From Gaiellales bacterium (GTDB lineage Bacteria > Actinomycetota > Thermoleophilia > Gaiellales > JAICJC01): DNA of 64,000 bases. The DNA is taken from the NCBI GenBank assembly GCA_035473255.1, contig DATIOK010000055.1, positions 1,924 to 65,923 of the forward strand, given 5' to 3'. The position numbers were made by a program, and so were the translations under genes. Position 1 is the first letter of the stretch; each line of letters begins with the position of its first letter. The notes below the pieces were generated by a model, which was not told the DNA's origin, made no database searches, and saw only the letters and a program-made list of their open reading frames with translations. This document shows, piece after piece, positions 16,905 through 26,003 of the stretch.

Positions 16905-18196
16905 TCGAGCATCCGCCCCGCCCCAGCCACGTCTGGTCGGAGCAGACGCTGGCGGACATCCGCCAGAAGGCCGAGCTCGGGCGCTACGTGATGGGCGCAT
17001 TCTCGACCACCCGCCGCGTGCCCAACTTCGACGACCTCACCTTCATCCCGTGCACGCTGTCGCGGGTGCCGCTGGAGGGCTACCGCGAGCGCTGCCAGAC
17101 GCGCACCGTGCTGGGAACCAGGGCCGCGAACCCGGTCGTGCTGGAGACGCCGATCGCGATCTCGGGCATGAGCTTCGGAGCGCTGTCGGCGAACGCGAAG
17201 GAGGCGCTCGGCCGCGCGGCGTCGCAGGTCGGCATCTCCACCACCACCGGCGACGGCGGCATGCACCCGCGCGAGCGGGCGGCATCGAAGACGCTCGTGT
17301 ACCAGGTGACGCCGAGCCACTACGGCAACAACCCGCACCACATGGCCGAGGCGGATGCGGTCGAGATCGTGGTCGGCCAGGGGGCCAAACCCGGCACCGG
17401 TGGCGTGCTGCTCGGTTTCAAGGTGTCCGACGAGGTGGCCGGCATGCGCGACCTGCCGCCCGGCGTCGACCAGCGCTCGCCGGTGCGGCACCCCGATTTC
17501 CTGGGTGCTGACGACCTGCGCCTGAAGATCGAGGAACTGCGCGAGACCACCCGCCACCGGGTGCCGATCTGGGTCAAGCTGGGCGCCTGCCGGGTGTTCG
17601 ACGACGTGCGGCTGGCGGTCAAGGCCGGCGCCGACGTGGTCGTGATCGACGGTCTCGAGGGCGCGTCGGCGGCCTCGCCGCTGCTGCTGTTCGACCATAC
17701 CGGCGTGCCCACGCTGGCGGCGGTGGTCGAGGCGCGCGAGGCGCTGATCGACATCGGCGCTTACGGCGACGTGCAGATCGTGATCGCCGGTGGCATCCGC
17801 AACGGCGTCGATGCCGCCAAGGCGCTGGCGCTGGGCGCCGACGCCGTCTACATCGCCACCGCTGCGATGATCGCGCTCAACTGCAATGCCCCGCTCTACG
17901 AGGAGGACTACGCCAAGCTGGGCGTGACGCCGGGCACCTGCCGGGAGTGCCACACCGGCCTCTGCCCTGTCGGGGTCACCACACAGGACCCGGAACTGAT
18001 GGCGCGGCTGGACGTAGACTCGGCCAGCGAGCGTGTGGTGAACTTCCTGAACGCCATGACCATGGAGATCCAGATGCTGGCGCGGGCCTGCGGAAAATCG
18101 GACGTGCACAACCTGGAGCCCGAGGATCTGCGCTCGCTGACGCTCGAGTGCGAGGCGATCACCGGGGTGCCTCTGGTGGGGCGGATCCAGCGGTGA
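16901..18196 (+). CDS. glxD: FMN-binding glutamate synthase family subunit, N-methylglutamate synthase C-like
   Basis: MSFGALS, TTGDGG, GQGAKPGTGG, GGIRNG, and CRECHTGLCPVGVTTQDP Fe-S motif; GTGA coupling to glxC. Confidence 0.9.
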   Translation: MIEHPPRPSHVWSEQTLADIRQKAELGRYVMGAFSTTRRVPNFDDLTFIPCTLSRVPLEGYRERCQTRTVLGTRAANPVVLETPIAISGMSFGALSANAKEALGRAASQVGISTTTGDGGMHPRERAASKTLVYQVTPSHYGNNPHHMAEADAVEIVVGQGAKPGTGGVLLGFKVSDEVAGMRDLPPGVDQRSPVRHPDFLGADDLRLKIEELRETTRHRVPIWVKLGACRVFDDVRLAVKAGADVVVIDGLEGASAASPLLLFDHTGVPTLAAVVEAREALIDIGAYGDVQIVIAGGIRNGVDAAKALALGADAVYIATAAMIALNCNAPLYEEDYAKLGVTPGTCRECHTGLCPVGVTTQDPELMARLDVDSASERVVNFLNAMTMEIQMLARACGKSDVHNLEPEDLRSLTLECEAITGVPLVGRIQR

Positions 18197-19989
18197 AGGA
18201 GTTCGTCACCGCCGACGACATCCGCGCGTTGGCCGAGCAGGGGGAGCGGGAGCTGCTGGTGCGCGAGCACACGACGCTGACCGACGCGGCGCTCGACGCG
18301 GCCCGGATGCACGGCGTGCGGTTGGTGGAGGGTGGCGCGACGTCCCAGGCGCAACCCGCCGGCGACGTGGTGGCGGCGCTGCCGGTGACGCCGGGTGGGC
18401 TGCCGGCGCCGGCGCTGGCGGGGCTGGTGCGCCAGCAGGCGGCGGCCGGGCGGCGGGCGCAGGGCGGCTCGCGGCCGTCGGCGCCGGCCGGGGAGCCGAT
18501 CGAGGGCCTGCCCGACATCGGCTCGCTGCAGTCGAAGCTGCTGATCGACGGCGCGTGGAGCGACGCGGCCGGCGGTGAGACCGTGCCCACGATCGACCCG
18601 GCCACCAACCGCACGATCGTGGACGTGGCGGCGGCCGGACCCGACGACATCGACCGGGCGGTGCGCGCCGCGCGCGACGCGCTGCCGGCCTGGCGCGACA
18701 TGGCGCCGGAGCAGCGGTCGCGGATCCTGCTTCGGATCGCGGAGCTGATCGAGGCCGACCGCGACCGGCTGGCGCAGATCGAGTCGTACGACGTGGGCAA
18801 GCCGATCCGCGAGGCGGCGCTGGTCGACCTGCCGGCCTGCTGGGACCCGTGGCGCTTCTACCAGGGGCTGGTGCGCGTGATCGACGGGCGGGTGCTGGCG
18901 ATGCCGACCAGCTCGCTCGACTACGTGCGCAAGGAGCCGATGGGCGTGGTCGGCATGATCATCCCCTGGAACTTCCCGCTGCACATCGCCTGCCGCAAGG
19001 GCTCGGCGGCGCTGGCGGCCGGCAACACGGTGGTGCTGAAGGCGCCCGAGCTGGCGCCGCTGACGTGCCTGGAGCTGGGACGGATCGCGCTGGAGGCGGG
19101 GCTGCCGCCGGGAGTGCTGAACGTGGTGCCGGGGCTGGGCGCGACCGCCGGCGCGGCGCTGGCGGAGCACCCCGGGGTCGACAAGATCGCGTTCACGGGG
19201 TCGACCGTGACCGGGCGCACGGTGATGCGGGCGGGGGCCGGCACGATCAAGCGGGTGTCGCTCGAGCTGGGCGGCAAGTCGCCGTCGATCGTGTTCGCCG
19301 ACGCCGACCTGGAGCGGGCCGTGATCGGATCGGTGTTCGGCATCTACCTGGCGCAGGGGGAGGTCTGCTCGGCTGGGTCACGGGTGCTGGTGGAGCGGCC
19401 GGTCTACGACGAGTTCGTGCGGCGGTTCGCCGACAGGGCGGCCGGTATCCGCGTCGGCATGCCGCACCGCTGGTCGACGCAGCTGGGGGCGCTGATCAAC
19501 GAGCGGCAGTGCCAGCGCGTGTACGAGTACGTCGAGATCGGGAAGGCCGAGGGCGCGACGGTGGTGGCCGGCGGCGTGCGGCCGGCGGATCCGGAGCTGG
19601 CCGGCGGCAACTTCATCGAGCCCACGATCTTCGCAGGCTCAAACGACATGCGGATCGCGCAGGAGGAGATCTTCGGGCCGGTGGTCGTGATCGTGCCGTT
19701 CGACGGCGAGGACGAGGCGGTGCGGATCGCGAACGACGTGCGCTACGGGCTGGCGGCCGGGATCTGGACGAGCGACGTCGGGCGCGCGCACCGCGTGGCG
19801 CATAGGCTTGAGGCCGGGTCGATCTGGGTCAACCAGTACGGGGTCTACCCGTCGGAGGCGCCGTTCGGCGGATACAAGGAGAGCGGCACCGGCTACGACC
19901 TGGGGCTGGAGTCGCTGAGCGAGTACCTGGAGACCAAGAACATTCACCTCAACATCGGAACTGACACCCTCGACTGGTACGGGTCCTAA
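18193..19989 (+). CDS. NAD-dependent (non-acylating type) aldehyde dehydrogenase with N-terminal BMC-associated extension
   Basis: [46 protein letters not shown]; about 115-aa extension before the ALDH core; GTGA coupling to glxD. Confidence 0.92.
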   Translation: MKEFVTADDIRALAEQGERELLVREHTTLTDAALDAARMHGVRLVEGGATSQAQPAGDVVAALPVTPGGLPAPALAGLVRQQAAAGRRAQGGSRPSAPAGEPIEGLPDIGSLQSKLLIDGAWSDAAGGETVPTIDPATNRTIVDVAAAGPDDIDRAVRAARDALPAWRDMAPEQRSRILLRIAELIEADRDRLAQIESYDVGKPIREAALVDLPACWDPWRFYQGLVRVIDGRVLAMPTSSLDYVRKEPMGVVGMIIPWNFPLHIACRKGSAALAAGNTVVLKAPELAPLTCLELGRIALEAGLPPGVLNVVPGLGATAGAALAEHPGVDKIAFTGSTVTGRTVMRAGAGTIKRVSLELGGKSPSIVFADADLERAVIGSVFGIYLAQGEVCSAGSRVLVERPVYDEFVRRFADRAAGIRVGMPHRWSTQLGALINERQCQRVYEYVEIGKAEGATVVAGGVRPADPELAGGNFIEPTIFAGSNDMRIAQEEIFGPVVVIVPFDGEDEAVRIANDVRYGLAAGIWTSDVGRAHRVAHRLEAGSIWVNQYGVYPSEAPFGGYKESGTGYDLGLESLSEYLETKNIHLNIGTDTLDWYGS

Positions 19990-20003
19990 AGGAGGACGCA
20001 GAC

Positions 20004-20300
20004 ATGGATGGAGCACTGGGGCTGATCGAGACGCGCGGGCTGGTGGCCGCAATCGAAGCGGCGGACGCGATGGTGAAGGCGGCCAGCGTCGAGATCCTGG
20101 GCCGCGAGTCGATCGGCGGCGGCTACGTGACCGTTGCCGTGCGTGGCGACGTGGGTGCGGTGAAGGCGGCGATCGACGCCGGCGCGACGGCGGCCAAGAA
20201 GACCGGCGAGCTGGTGTCGGCGCACCTGATCCCGCGGCCGCACGAGGACGTGATGAAGGTGCTGCCGGCGGCGGTGGCACCGGCCGCGGCGAAGCGCTGA
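20004..20300 (+). CDS. BMC hexamer shell protein (BMC-H, EutM/PduA-like)
   Basis: [32 protein letters not shown]; AAGGAGG RBS. Confidence 0.97.
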   Translation: MDGALGLIETRGLVAAIEAADAMVKAASVEILGRESIGGGYVTVAVRGDVGAVKAAIDAGATAAKKTGELVSAHLIPRPHEDVMKVLPAAVAPAAAKR

Positions 20301-20302
20301 GG

Positions 20303-20683
20303 ATGCCGGCGATCCGCATCCTCTGCGACGGCGAGGTGATCGAGGCCGAGCTGCTGGTGGACGACGCGCCGCGCGTGTGCGGCTACATCCGCTCCATCCT
20401 GCCGTTCGAGTCGACGATGGTGCACGCCAAGTTCGCGGGCGAGGAGACGATCGTCATGGTGCCGTTCTTCGCAGAGCAGGAGAATGGCAAGACCGACGTT
20501 GTCGCGGGAGACATCGGCTACTACCCGGGGCGGCAGACGCTGTGCCTGTTCTACGGCGAGACGCAGCCGTTCGGCGAGGTCAGCTACGTGGCGCGGGTGC
20601 GGAGCAACCTGGAGGGGCTGGCGCGGTGCGGGCGCAAGATCCTCGAGTCGGGATCGCTGCCGGTACGGATGGAGCTGGCCTGA
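20303..20683 (+). CDS. DUF3830/cyclophilin-like protein
   Basis: LPFESTMVHAKFAGEE, EN...GDIGYYPG, LFYG resemble DUF3830 and the N-terminal half of cucumopine synthase/McbB (recall). Confidence 0.7.
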   Translation: MPAIRILCDGEVIEAELLVDDAPRVCGYIRSILPFESTMVHAKFAGEETIVMVPFFAEQENGKTDVVAGDIGYYPGRQTLCLFYGETQPFGEVSYVARVRSNLEGLARCGRKILESGSLPVRMELA

Positions 20684-21159
20684 TGGCGTACGTGTCGGCG
20701 GCGATGCTGGTGGAGGAGCTGCGCGAGTTCACGGTCGACCGCTGGATCGGCGAGCCGCCGGACGTGGCGGCGCTGCGGCGGTTCACGCTGCCGCCGATGG
20801 GCAACCTGCCGTGCGTTCTGTACTGCAACTTCGATCTGTTCTGGGCCGGGGAGCAGCTGCAGGTGGTGCGGCAGGCGGCGCTGGACGGCGACCTGCGGCT
20901 GCCGGAGCTGTGCTCGGTGACGGCGATGCTGCTGGAGCGGACGGCGGCGCGGACGGCCAAGTGGGAGATGCCCGAGACGGTGCAGCTGCTGCGGCGGGCG
21001 GCGTCGATCCTGGCCGAGTGGCGGCCGGACACGTCGCGCGAGTATGCGGTCGTGATCGAGCACCTGCTGATGGCGCTGAACCGGATACAGGCGGCAGTGG
21101 ACGCGATCATTCCCTGGAACGACCTCGACGGCGCCGTGCGACTGCGGCCGCAAAGCTAG
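20683..21159 (+). CDS. Helical-bundle protein resembling the cucumopine synthase C-terminal domain
   Basis: LVEELREFTVDRWIGEPPDV and SREY...ALNR....IPW patterns; TGATG coupling to the DUF3830 gene. Confidence 0.65.
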   Translation: MAYVSAAMLVEELREFTVDRWIGEPPDVAALRRFTLPPMGNLPCVLYCNFDLFWAGEQLQVVRQAALDGDLRLPELCSVTAMLLERTAARTAKWEMPETVQLLRRAASILAEWRPDTSREYAVVIEHLLMALNRIQAAVDAIIPWNDLDGAVRLRPQS

Positions 21160-21168
21160 GAGGACGAG

Positions 21169-21414
21169 ATGCAGCGATGCCATGTCACGGGAAGCACGGT
21201 GGCGACGCAAAAGGCGGCCGGGCTGACCGGGTTCAGCCTGCTGACGGTGACGCCGGTGGGGGGCGGCGGGGAGCTGGTGGCGGTGGATCTGGTGGGGGCC
21301 GGAGAGGGCGACATGGTGCTGGTCGCGATGGGCGGGGCGGCGCGCGAGACGGAGCAGACGCGCGGCGTACCGACCGACGCGGCGGTTGTCGCGATCGTGG
21401 ATCCGTCCCGGTAA
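21169..21414 (+). CDS. BMC pentamer vertex protein (BMC-P, EutN/CcmL family)
   Basis: VTGSTVATQK, VAVDLVGAGEGDMVLV, GGAAR, DAAVVAIVD; AGGAGG RBS. Confidence 0.95.
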   Translation: MQRCHVTGSTVATQKAAGLTGFSLLTVTPVGGGGELVAVDLVGAGEGDMVLVAMGGAARETEQTRGVPTDAAVVAIVDPSR

Positions 21415-21416
21415 AG

Positions 21417-22022
21417 GTGGCCGACCTTCGCGCCTTTGTCGAGATCGACGCCATGCAGCCGCAATGGGCGGCGTACGTGGCGCAGACCTGCCAGGGCGAT
21501 CCGCCGGCGGCGGGGTTCGCGCAGCTGTACGTGGAGGTGGCGCCGGCGAACGAGGTGTTCTCGCTGGTGAACGCGGCGGTGAAGAACGCGGATGTGCGGT
21601 CGGGGCTGCAGGTGGTGGAGCGGCAGTACGGGACGCTGGAGCTGCACGGGCGCGACCCGATTGCGGTGCGGGAGGCGGCGGGGGCGGTGCTCGAGCGGCT
21701 GAAGCTGACGGCGGCGGACGCGAAGCGGCCGGAGGTGGTGGCGTCGGAGCTGGTGACGCGGGTGCATCCGAACCAGGCACAGCTGGTCAACAGGATGGGC
21801 GGGGCGAATCTGCTGCTCCAGGACGAGACGATGTTTCTGATCGAGGCAACGCCGGCGGCATACATCGCGACAGCGGCCAACCGTGCCGAGAAACGAGCGC
21901 CGGTGAAGCTGATCTACGCGGCGCTGCTCGGCGCAACCGGCCGGCTGATCATGAGCGGCCGCGACGCAGAGGCCGTGGAGGGATATCAGGCAGCGCTGGA
22001 AGCGCTGCAGGACGGCGCGTAG
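21417..22022 (+). CDS. BMC trimer shell protein, stacked/gated type (BMC-T, CcmP/CsoS1D-like)
   Basis: LRAFVEIDAMQPQ, VEVAP, QVVERQYGTLE, E.TPAAY...AN.AEK, GATGRL; start GTG 21417. Confidence 0.9.
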   Translation: MADLRAFVEIDAMQPQWAAYVAQTCQGDPPAAGFAQLYVEVAPANEVFSLVNAAVKNADVRSGLQVVERQYGTLELHGRDPIAVREAAGAVLERLKLTAADAKRPEVVASELVTRVHPNQAQLVNRMGGANLLLQDETMFLIEATPAAYIATAANRAEKRAPVKLIYAALLGATGRLIMSGRDAEAVEGYQAALEALQDGA

Positions 22023-22041
22023 CCGTCGCTCGGCCTGCTCC

Positions 22042-22076
22042 CGGGTGATAGAGAGGTGCCGGGCACCGTCGTAACA
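22042..22076 (+). repeat. Left 35-bp REP-like repeat
   Basis: CGGGTGATAGAGAGGTGCCGGGCACCGTCGTAACA, with internal palindrome GGTGCC-G-GGCACC. Confidence 0.92.
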
Positions 22077-22140
22077 GCCGACACCGATCCGCGACGGATC
22101 CGTGACAGACGCGAGCAGCAATCGCCGGTAGCGTCGAACC

Positions 22141-22863
22141 ATGCCTCGACGATCTCGACCGCTGGTGGCCGGTGGCCGCTACCACGTCACCATGCGCGGC
22201 AACAATCGTGGCGAGATCTTCGCCTCGGATGAGGACCGCGTGATGCTCCTCAACACAATCGGACGGGCCAAGCGGCGCCACGGCTGGAAGGTGCACGCGT
22301 ACTGTCTGATGTCGAACCACTATCACTTGTTGATCGAGACCCCCGAACCGAACATCGCGATCGGCATGCAATGGCTCAACAGCACCTATGCCCACCGTTT
22401 CAACGAGAAGTACGAGCGGATCGGACATCTGTTCCAGCGGCGGTACTCCGACGGCATCATCCTCACAGACGAGCACCTGCACGAGGTGATCCGCTACATC
22501 CCGCTCAACCCGGTGAGAGCGGGGTTGTGTAGGCGCCCAGAAGACTGGCCCTGGTCGAGCTGCCGCGCAACTCTCGGCTACGGCCCTCGAGAGCCATTTC
22601 TAAGTGTGCGGCCAACGCTTGACCGATTCTCACCAGATCCGGACGAGGCCCGAGTCTTGCTCCGAGAATGGGTCGAGGCCGGGAGGCACGAAATTCGATC
22701 GTCGCATCCGAAGCCGTTGATCGGGATCATGCGGCCAGGGAAGCCGGTCGAGCCGGCGGCACTGCGAGCGGCCAGACTCAACGGCTACACCTATGCACAG
22801 ATCGCAACGCACCTAGGCGTGAGCGAAATGACAGCGTGGCGGAAAGTCGTCGCGGCCATGTGA
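22141..22863 (+). CDS. IS200/IS605-superfamily Y1 transposase (RAYT type) with C-terminal HTH
   Basis: YHVTMRGNNR, YCLMSNHYH (HUH), GHLFQRRY, YIPLNPVRAG, WPWSS; HTH GYTYAQIATHLGVS. Confidence 0.92.
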   Translation: MPRRSRPLVAGGRYHVTMRGNNRGEIFASDEDRVMLLNTIGRAKRRHGWKVHAYCLMSNHYHLLIETPEPNIAIGMQWLNSTYAHRFNEKYERIGHLFQRRYSDGIILTDEHLHEVIRYIPLNPVRAGLCRRPEDWPWSSCRATLGYGPREPFLSVRPTLDRFSPDPDEARVLLREWVEAGRHEIRSSHPKPLIGIMRPGKPVEPAALRAARLNGYTYAQIATHLGVSEMTAWRKVVAAM

Positions 22864-22878
22864 CGGCTGTGCAACGGG

Positions 22879-22913
22879 TGTTACGACGGTGCCCGGCACC
22901 TCTCTATCACCCG
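22879..22913 (-). repeat. Right 35-bp REP-like repeat
   Basis: Exact reverse complement of 22042-22076. Confidence 0.92.
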
Positions 22914-23095
22914 CGGCACTCGAGCGACCGTCTCCCTGCCCGCCCTGAGGTCTGTCATCGGGGCTGGGATGCACGGCCTGAGTCGCGTTGACAGTGCTGA
23001 CGCCACATCGCATGCGAGGATGCTGCCCAGACCCTTGTATCTAAGCGTTCAAGCTGGCATTATCGTGGCCAGATCCGAAGAGCGGAGGTCAAAGC

Positions 23096-23560
23096 ATGAA
23101 CCCGCAAGAGCAAAGGGTGCGCGACGATCTGGCCGTCCTGGCCGAGAGTGATCGTGGCCGCGAACTCCTTCAGCTCGCGCTTCGTGGCATCGGCCGGGGG
23201 GACCGAGCCGTCACCGCCGGATGCTGGACGGACCGCGGCGTCGCCGGCTGTCTGTTCCAGCACGCGTACTGGCAGGGCGTCGAGGAAGGCGTGTTCGCGG
23301 ACGAGGGCAGGCCGGGCGACTGGATCGGCAGCTTCGTCGGCGCCGGCGATTACGGCATCGTGATCCGCACGATCGGTGCCTTCGACGTGCTGGCCAAGGA
23401 CCACTACGCCGACGTCAAGCGCCGCCGACTGCTGCCCGATCGCGTCGAAGTCCGCCAGGACGAGTGGCGGGAGCTCGTCGAGCGCATCCTGGTCGCGACG
23501 CTCGCCGCCGGCGAGACGCGTGACGGGGGCGAGACCAAGGAGGTGGCGACCGTCAGCTAG
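23096..23560 (+). CDS. Hypothetical protein
   Basis: GGAGG RBS, GC3-rich codons; possible -35 TTGTAT (23035) / 17 nt / -10 CATTAT (23058). Confidence 0.7.
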   Translation: MNPQEQRVRDDLAVLAESDRGRELLQLALRGIGRGDRAVTAGCWTDRGVAGCLFQHAYWQGVEEGVFADEGRPGDWIGSFVGAGDYGIVIRTIGAFDVLAKDHYADVKRRRLLPDRVEVRQDEWRELVERILVATLAAGETRDGGETKEVATVS

Positions 23561-23604
23561 CTCGGGCAGATGCCCATACCGGTCAATGCTCTAAGGAGGG
23601 ACAA

Positions 23605-25170
23605 GTGGAAGGCATGGAACCCCCTGGCCATCAGGGGATGATCCAGATCGACAGCGTCGACGTCTCCGAACGCGACGATGTCCAGAAGCTGCACGGCGGC
23701 GCCGTTGGTCTCGCCGGCGTTCTCTTCCTCACGGTGACCGGCGCGGCGCCGATCTCCGCAATGCTCTTCAACACGCCGCTGTCCGTCGGATACGGCAACG
23801 GCATCGGGACACCCGCCGGCTTCATGTTCGCCACGGTCATCCTCGCCATCTTCTCGGTGGGGTACGTGTCCATGGCCCGCAAGGTCACCGCGGCGGGCGG
23901 TTTTTACAGCTTCATCAGCCACGGGCTCGGCCGCGAGCTGGGCATGGCCAGTGGTCTCGCAATGGTAGTTGCCTACTCGGTGTTCGAGGCCTCGCTGTGT
24001 GGAGGCTTCGCATACTTCGGCACCCTCAAGCTCGCCCAGTACGGCTACCACCCCTCATGGGTGCTCGTCGCGCTGTTCATGGTCGTGCTGATCTCGATCC
24101 TGGCCTACTTCGACGTGCACATCTCGGCGCGCGTGCTGGGCCTGGCCTTGATCAGCGAGGTGATTGCACTGCTGATCTTCGACCTTGTCGTGTTCGCCCA
24201 GGGCGGCCACAACGTTCAGGCCGCCGCCATCAACCCGATCAACGCCTTCAAGAACCTACCCGCCTCCGGCGGCGGCGCCAGTGCTGTCGCGGCCGGCGCA
24301 TGGGCGGTGGGCGTGTTCTTCGCCTTCTGGTCGTGGGTCGGATTCGAGATGGCTCCGAACTACGGCGAGGAGTCACGCAACCCCAAGAAGATCGTGCCGA
24401 GAGCGATGTACGTCTCGGTGATCGGACTGGGCATCTTCTACACCGTCACGTCGTGGGCGGCGCTCTCGTCGTACTTCACGACCCACGACGCGGCGCTGGT
24501 GGCCGTCTCCGACCCGGCGGCCTTCTATCTCGCCCCGGCCAAGGAGTTCGGCAACCAGTTCCTGAGCGACGTGATGAGCTACCTGATCATCACCGGCTCG
24601 TTCGCGTGCGGCATGGCCTTCCACAACACCACGGCCCGCTACCTTTACTCGCTGGGACGCGAGAAGGTGCTGCCGTCGGCGCTGGGCCGGACGCACGCGA
24701 AGTACCGCAGCCCGCACATCGCCTCGATCGCGCAGTCCGTGATCGCGGCCCTGATCGTGCTGGCGTTCTATTTCTTCACCACGACGGCTTCCGGCCAGAC
24801 CGCCGCGTCGTCGCAGGCCTACGTGCAGCTGTACGGCCTGGCCGCTTTCATGGGCGTGGTGTTGATCCTGTTCATCCAGGCGCTCGTCTCGGTGGCGATC
24901 TGGAACTACTTCCGCACCCATCACCCGGGTGAGCACCGCATGTGGAACCACACGATCGCCCCGATCATCTCGGTGGTCGGTCAGCTCGCGGTGCTATTCG
25001 TCGCGATCGACAAGATCGACTTCCTCGGTGCCGGCTACACCTACGCCTGGTACCTGGTGGCGATCGACGTGCTGGTGTTCGTGGGAGGTATCGGATACGC
25101 GCTGTATCTGAAATCCAACGACCGCGCCAAGTACGAGACGATCGGACGGATGGTGCACGAAGGGCTGTAG
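23605..25170 (+). CDS. APC family amino acid/amine permease
   Basis: About 12 hydrophobic segments, GAAP, GFE...YGEE, ARYLYSLGRE, SPH; AAGGAGG RBS. Confidence 0.9.
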   Translation: MEGMEPPGHQGMIQIDSVDVSERDDVQKLHGGAVGLAGVLFLTVTGAAPISAMLFNTPLSVGYGNGIGTPAGFMFATVILAIFSVGYVSMARKVTAAGGFYSFISHGLGRELGMASGLAMVVAYSVFEASLCGGFAYFGTLKLAQYGYHPSWVLVALFMVVLISILAYFDVHISARVLGLALISEVIALLIFDLVVFAQGGHNVQAAAINPINAFKNLPASGGGASAVAAGAWAVGVFFAFWSWVGFEMAPNYGEESRNPKKIVPRAMYVSVIGLGIFYTVTSWAALSSYFTTHDAALVAVSDPAAFYLAPAKEFGNQFLSDVMSYLIITGSFACGMAFHNTTARYLYSLGREKVLPSALGRTHAKYRSPHIASIAQSVIAALIVLAFYFFTTTASGQTAASSQAYVQLYGLAAFMGVVLILFIQALVSVAIWNYFRTHHPGEHRMWNHTIAPIISVVGQLAVLFVAIDKIDFLGAGYTYAWYLVAIDVLVFVGGIGYALYLKSNDRAKYETIGRMVHEGL

Positions 25171-25184
25171 CCCAACAACCGCCG

Positions 25185-25215
25185 GAGGGGCGTCCGCAAC
25201 ACGCGGGCGCCCCTC
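25185..25215 (+). terminator. Hairpin after the permease
   Basis: GAGGGGCGTCCGC / GCGGGCGCCCCTC stem (one G-T pair), 5-nt loop. Confidence 0.6.
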
Positions 25216-25232
25216 TCGCGTTTAATGCCCCC

Positions 25233-26003
25233 ATGCCCGGACGCGTCGAGGGAAAGGTCTGCGTGGTCACCGGCGGTGCCTCCGGCATCGGCCTCGCCAC
25301 CTGCCGCCGCCTGGCCGAGGAGGGCGGCCTCGTCGCCGTCGCCGACATCGACCTCGCGGCCGCTCAACGGGCCGCCGCCGACCTGCCCGGCGAGGCCGCC
25401 GCCTTCCCGGTCGACGTCAGCGACGACGCCTCGGTGGCCGCCCTCTACCAGGCCGTCGCCGACCGCCACGGCCGCATCGACGTCTGCCACAACAACGCCG
25501 GCATCCTGCTGCCCGACGATACCGACCCCGTCGCCACCAGCCCCGCCACCTGGCAGCGGATCCTCTCGGTCAACCTGACCGGCGTGTTCCTGTGCCTGCA
25601 CCATCAGATCCCCCAGCTGCTTCGCTCCGGCGGCGGCTCGATCATCAACACCGCCAGCTTCGTCGCGCTGATGGGCGCCGCCACTCCCCAGATCGCGTAC
25701 TCGGCCAGCAAGGGCGGCGTCGTCTCGATGACCCGCGAGGTGGCGGCCGTCTACGCCAAGCAGGGCATCCGCTGCAACGCCGTCTGCCCGGGGCCGGTCG
25801 ACACCGGCCTGGTCGGAGCCTTCCTGACCGACGAGCACCAGTGGCAGCGCCGCGCCGTGCACCTCCCCGACGGCCGCCTCGGCAAGCCCGAGGAGATCGC
25901 CAACGCCGTGCTCTACCTGGCCAGCGACGAGTCCAGCTGGACGAACGGCGCCGCCATGCTGGTGGACGGCGGCATCACCGCCACCTACACCACGGCCGAG
26001 TAA
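25233..26003 (+). CDS. Short-chain dehydrogenase/reductase
   Basis: TGGASGIG, NNAG, NTAS, YSASKGG, CPG; start ATG 25233. Confidence 0.92.
   Translation: MPGRVEGKVCVVTGGASGIGLATCRRLAEEGGLVAVADIDLAAAQRAAADLPGEAAAFPVDVSDDASVAALYQAVADRHGRIDVCHNNAGILLPDDTDPVATSPATWQRILSVNLTGVFLCLHHQIPQLLRSGGGSIINTASFVALMGAATPQIAYSASKGGVVSMTREVAAVYAKQGIRCNAVCPGPVDTGLVGAFLTDEHQWQRRAVHLPDGRLGKPEEIANAVLYLASDESSWTNGAAMLVDGGITATYTTAE

Larger units (their letters stand above)
22042..22913 (+). mobile_element. RAYT (REP-associated tyrosine transposase) cassette bounded by inverted REP-like repeats
   Basis: 35-bp perfect inverted repeats at 22042-22076 and 22879-22913 enclosing an HUH/Y1 transposase gene. Confidence 0.85.

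Noticed and set aside
15292-18196. Calling glxBCD a split ordinary glutamate synthase (gltB)
   Set aside because: The three-gene GATase/GXGXG/FMN layout without gltD fits GlxBCD/MgsABC better; a biosynthetic GOGAT role is not excluded but does not explain the BMC coupling
10240-22022. Assignment to known Eut/Pdu/RMM/PVM microcompartments
   Set aside because: No ammonia-lyase, diol dehydratase, glycyl-radical enzyme, class II aldolase, PduL or acylating AldDH motif in the window
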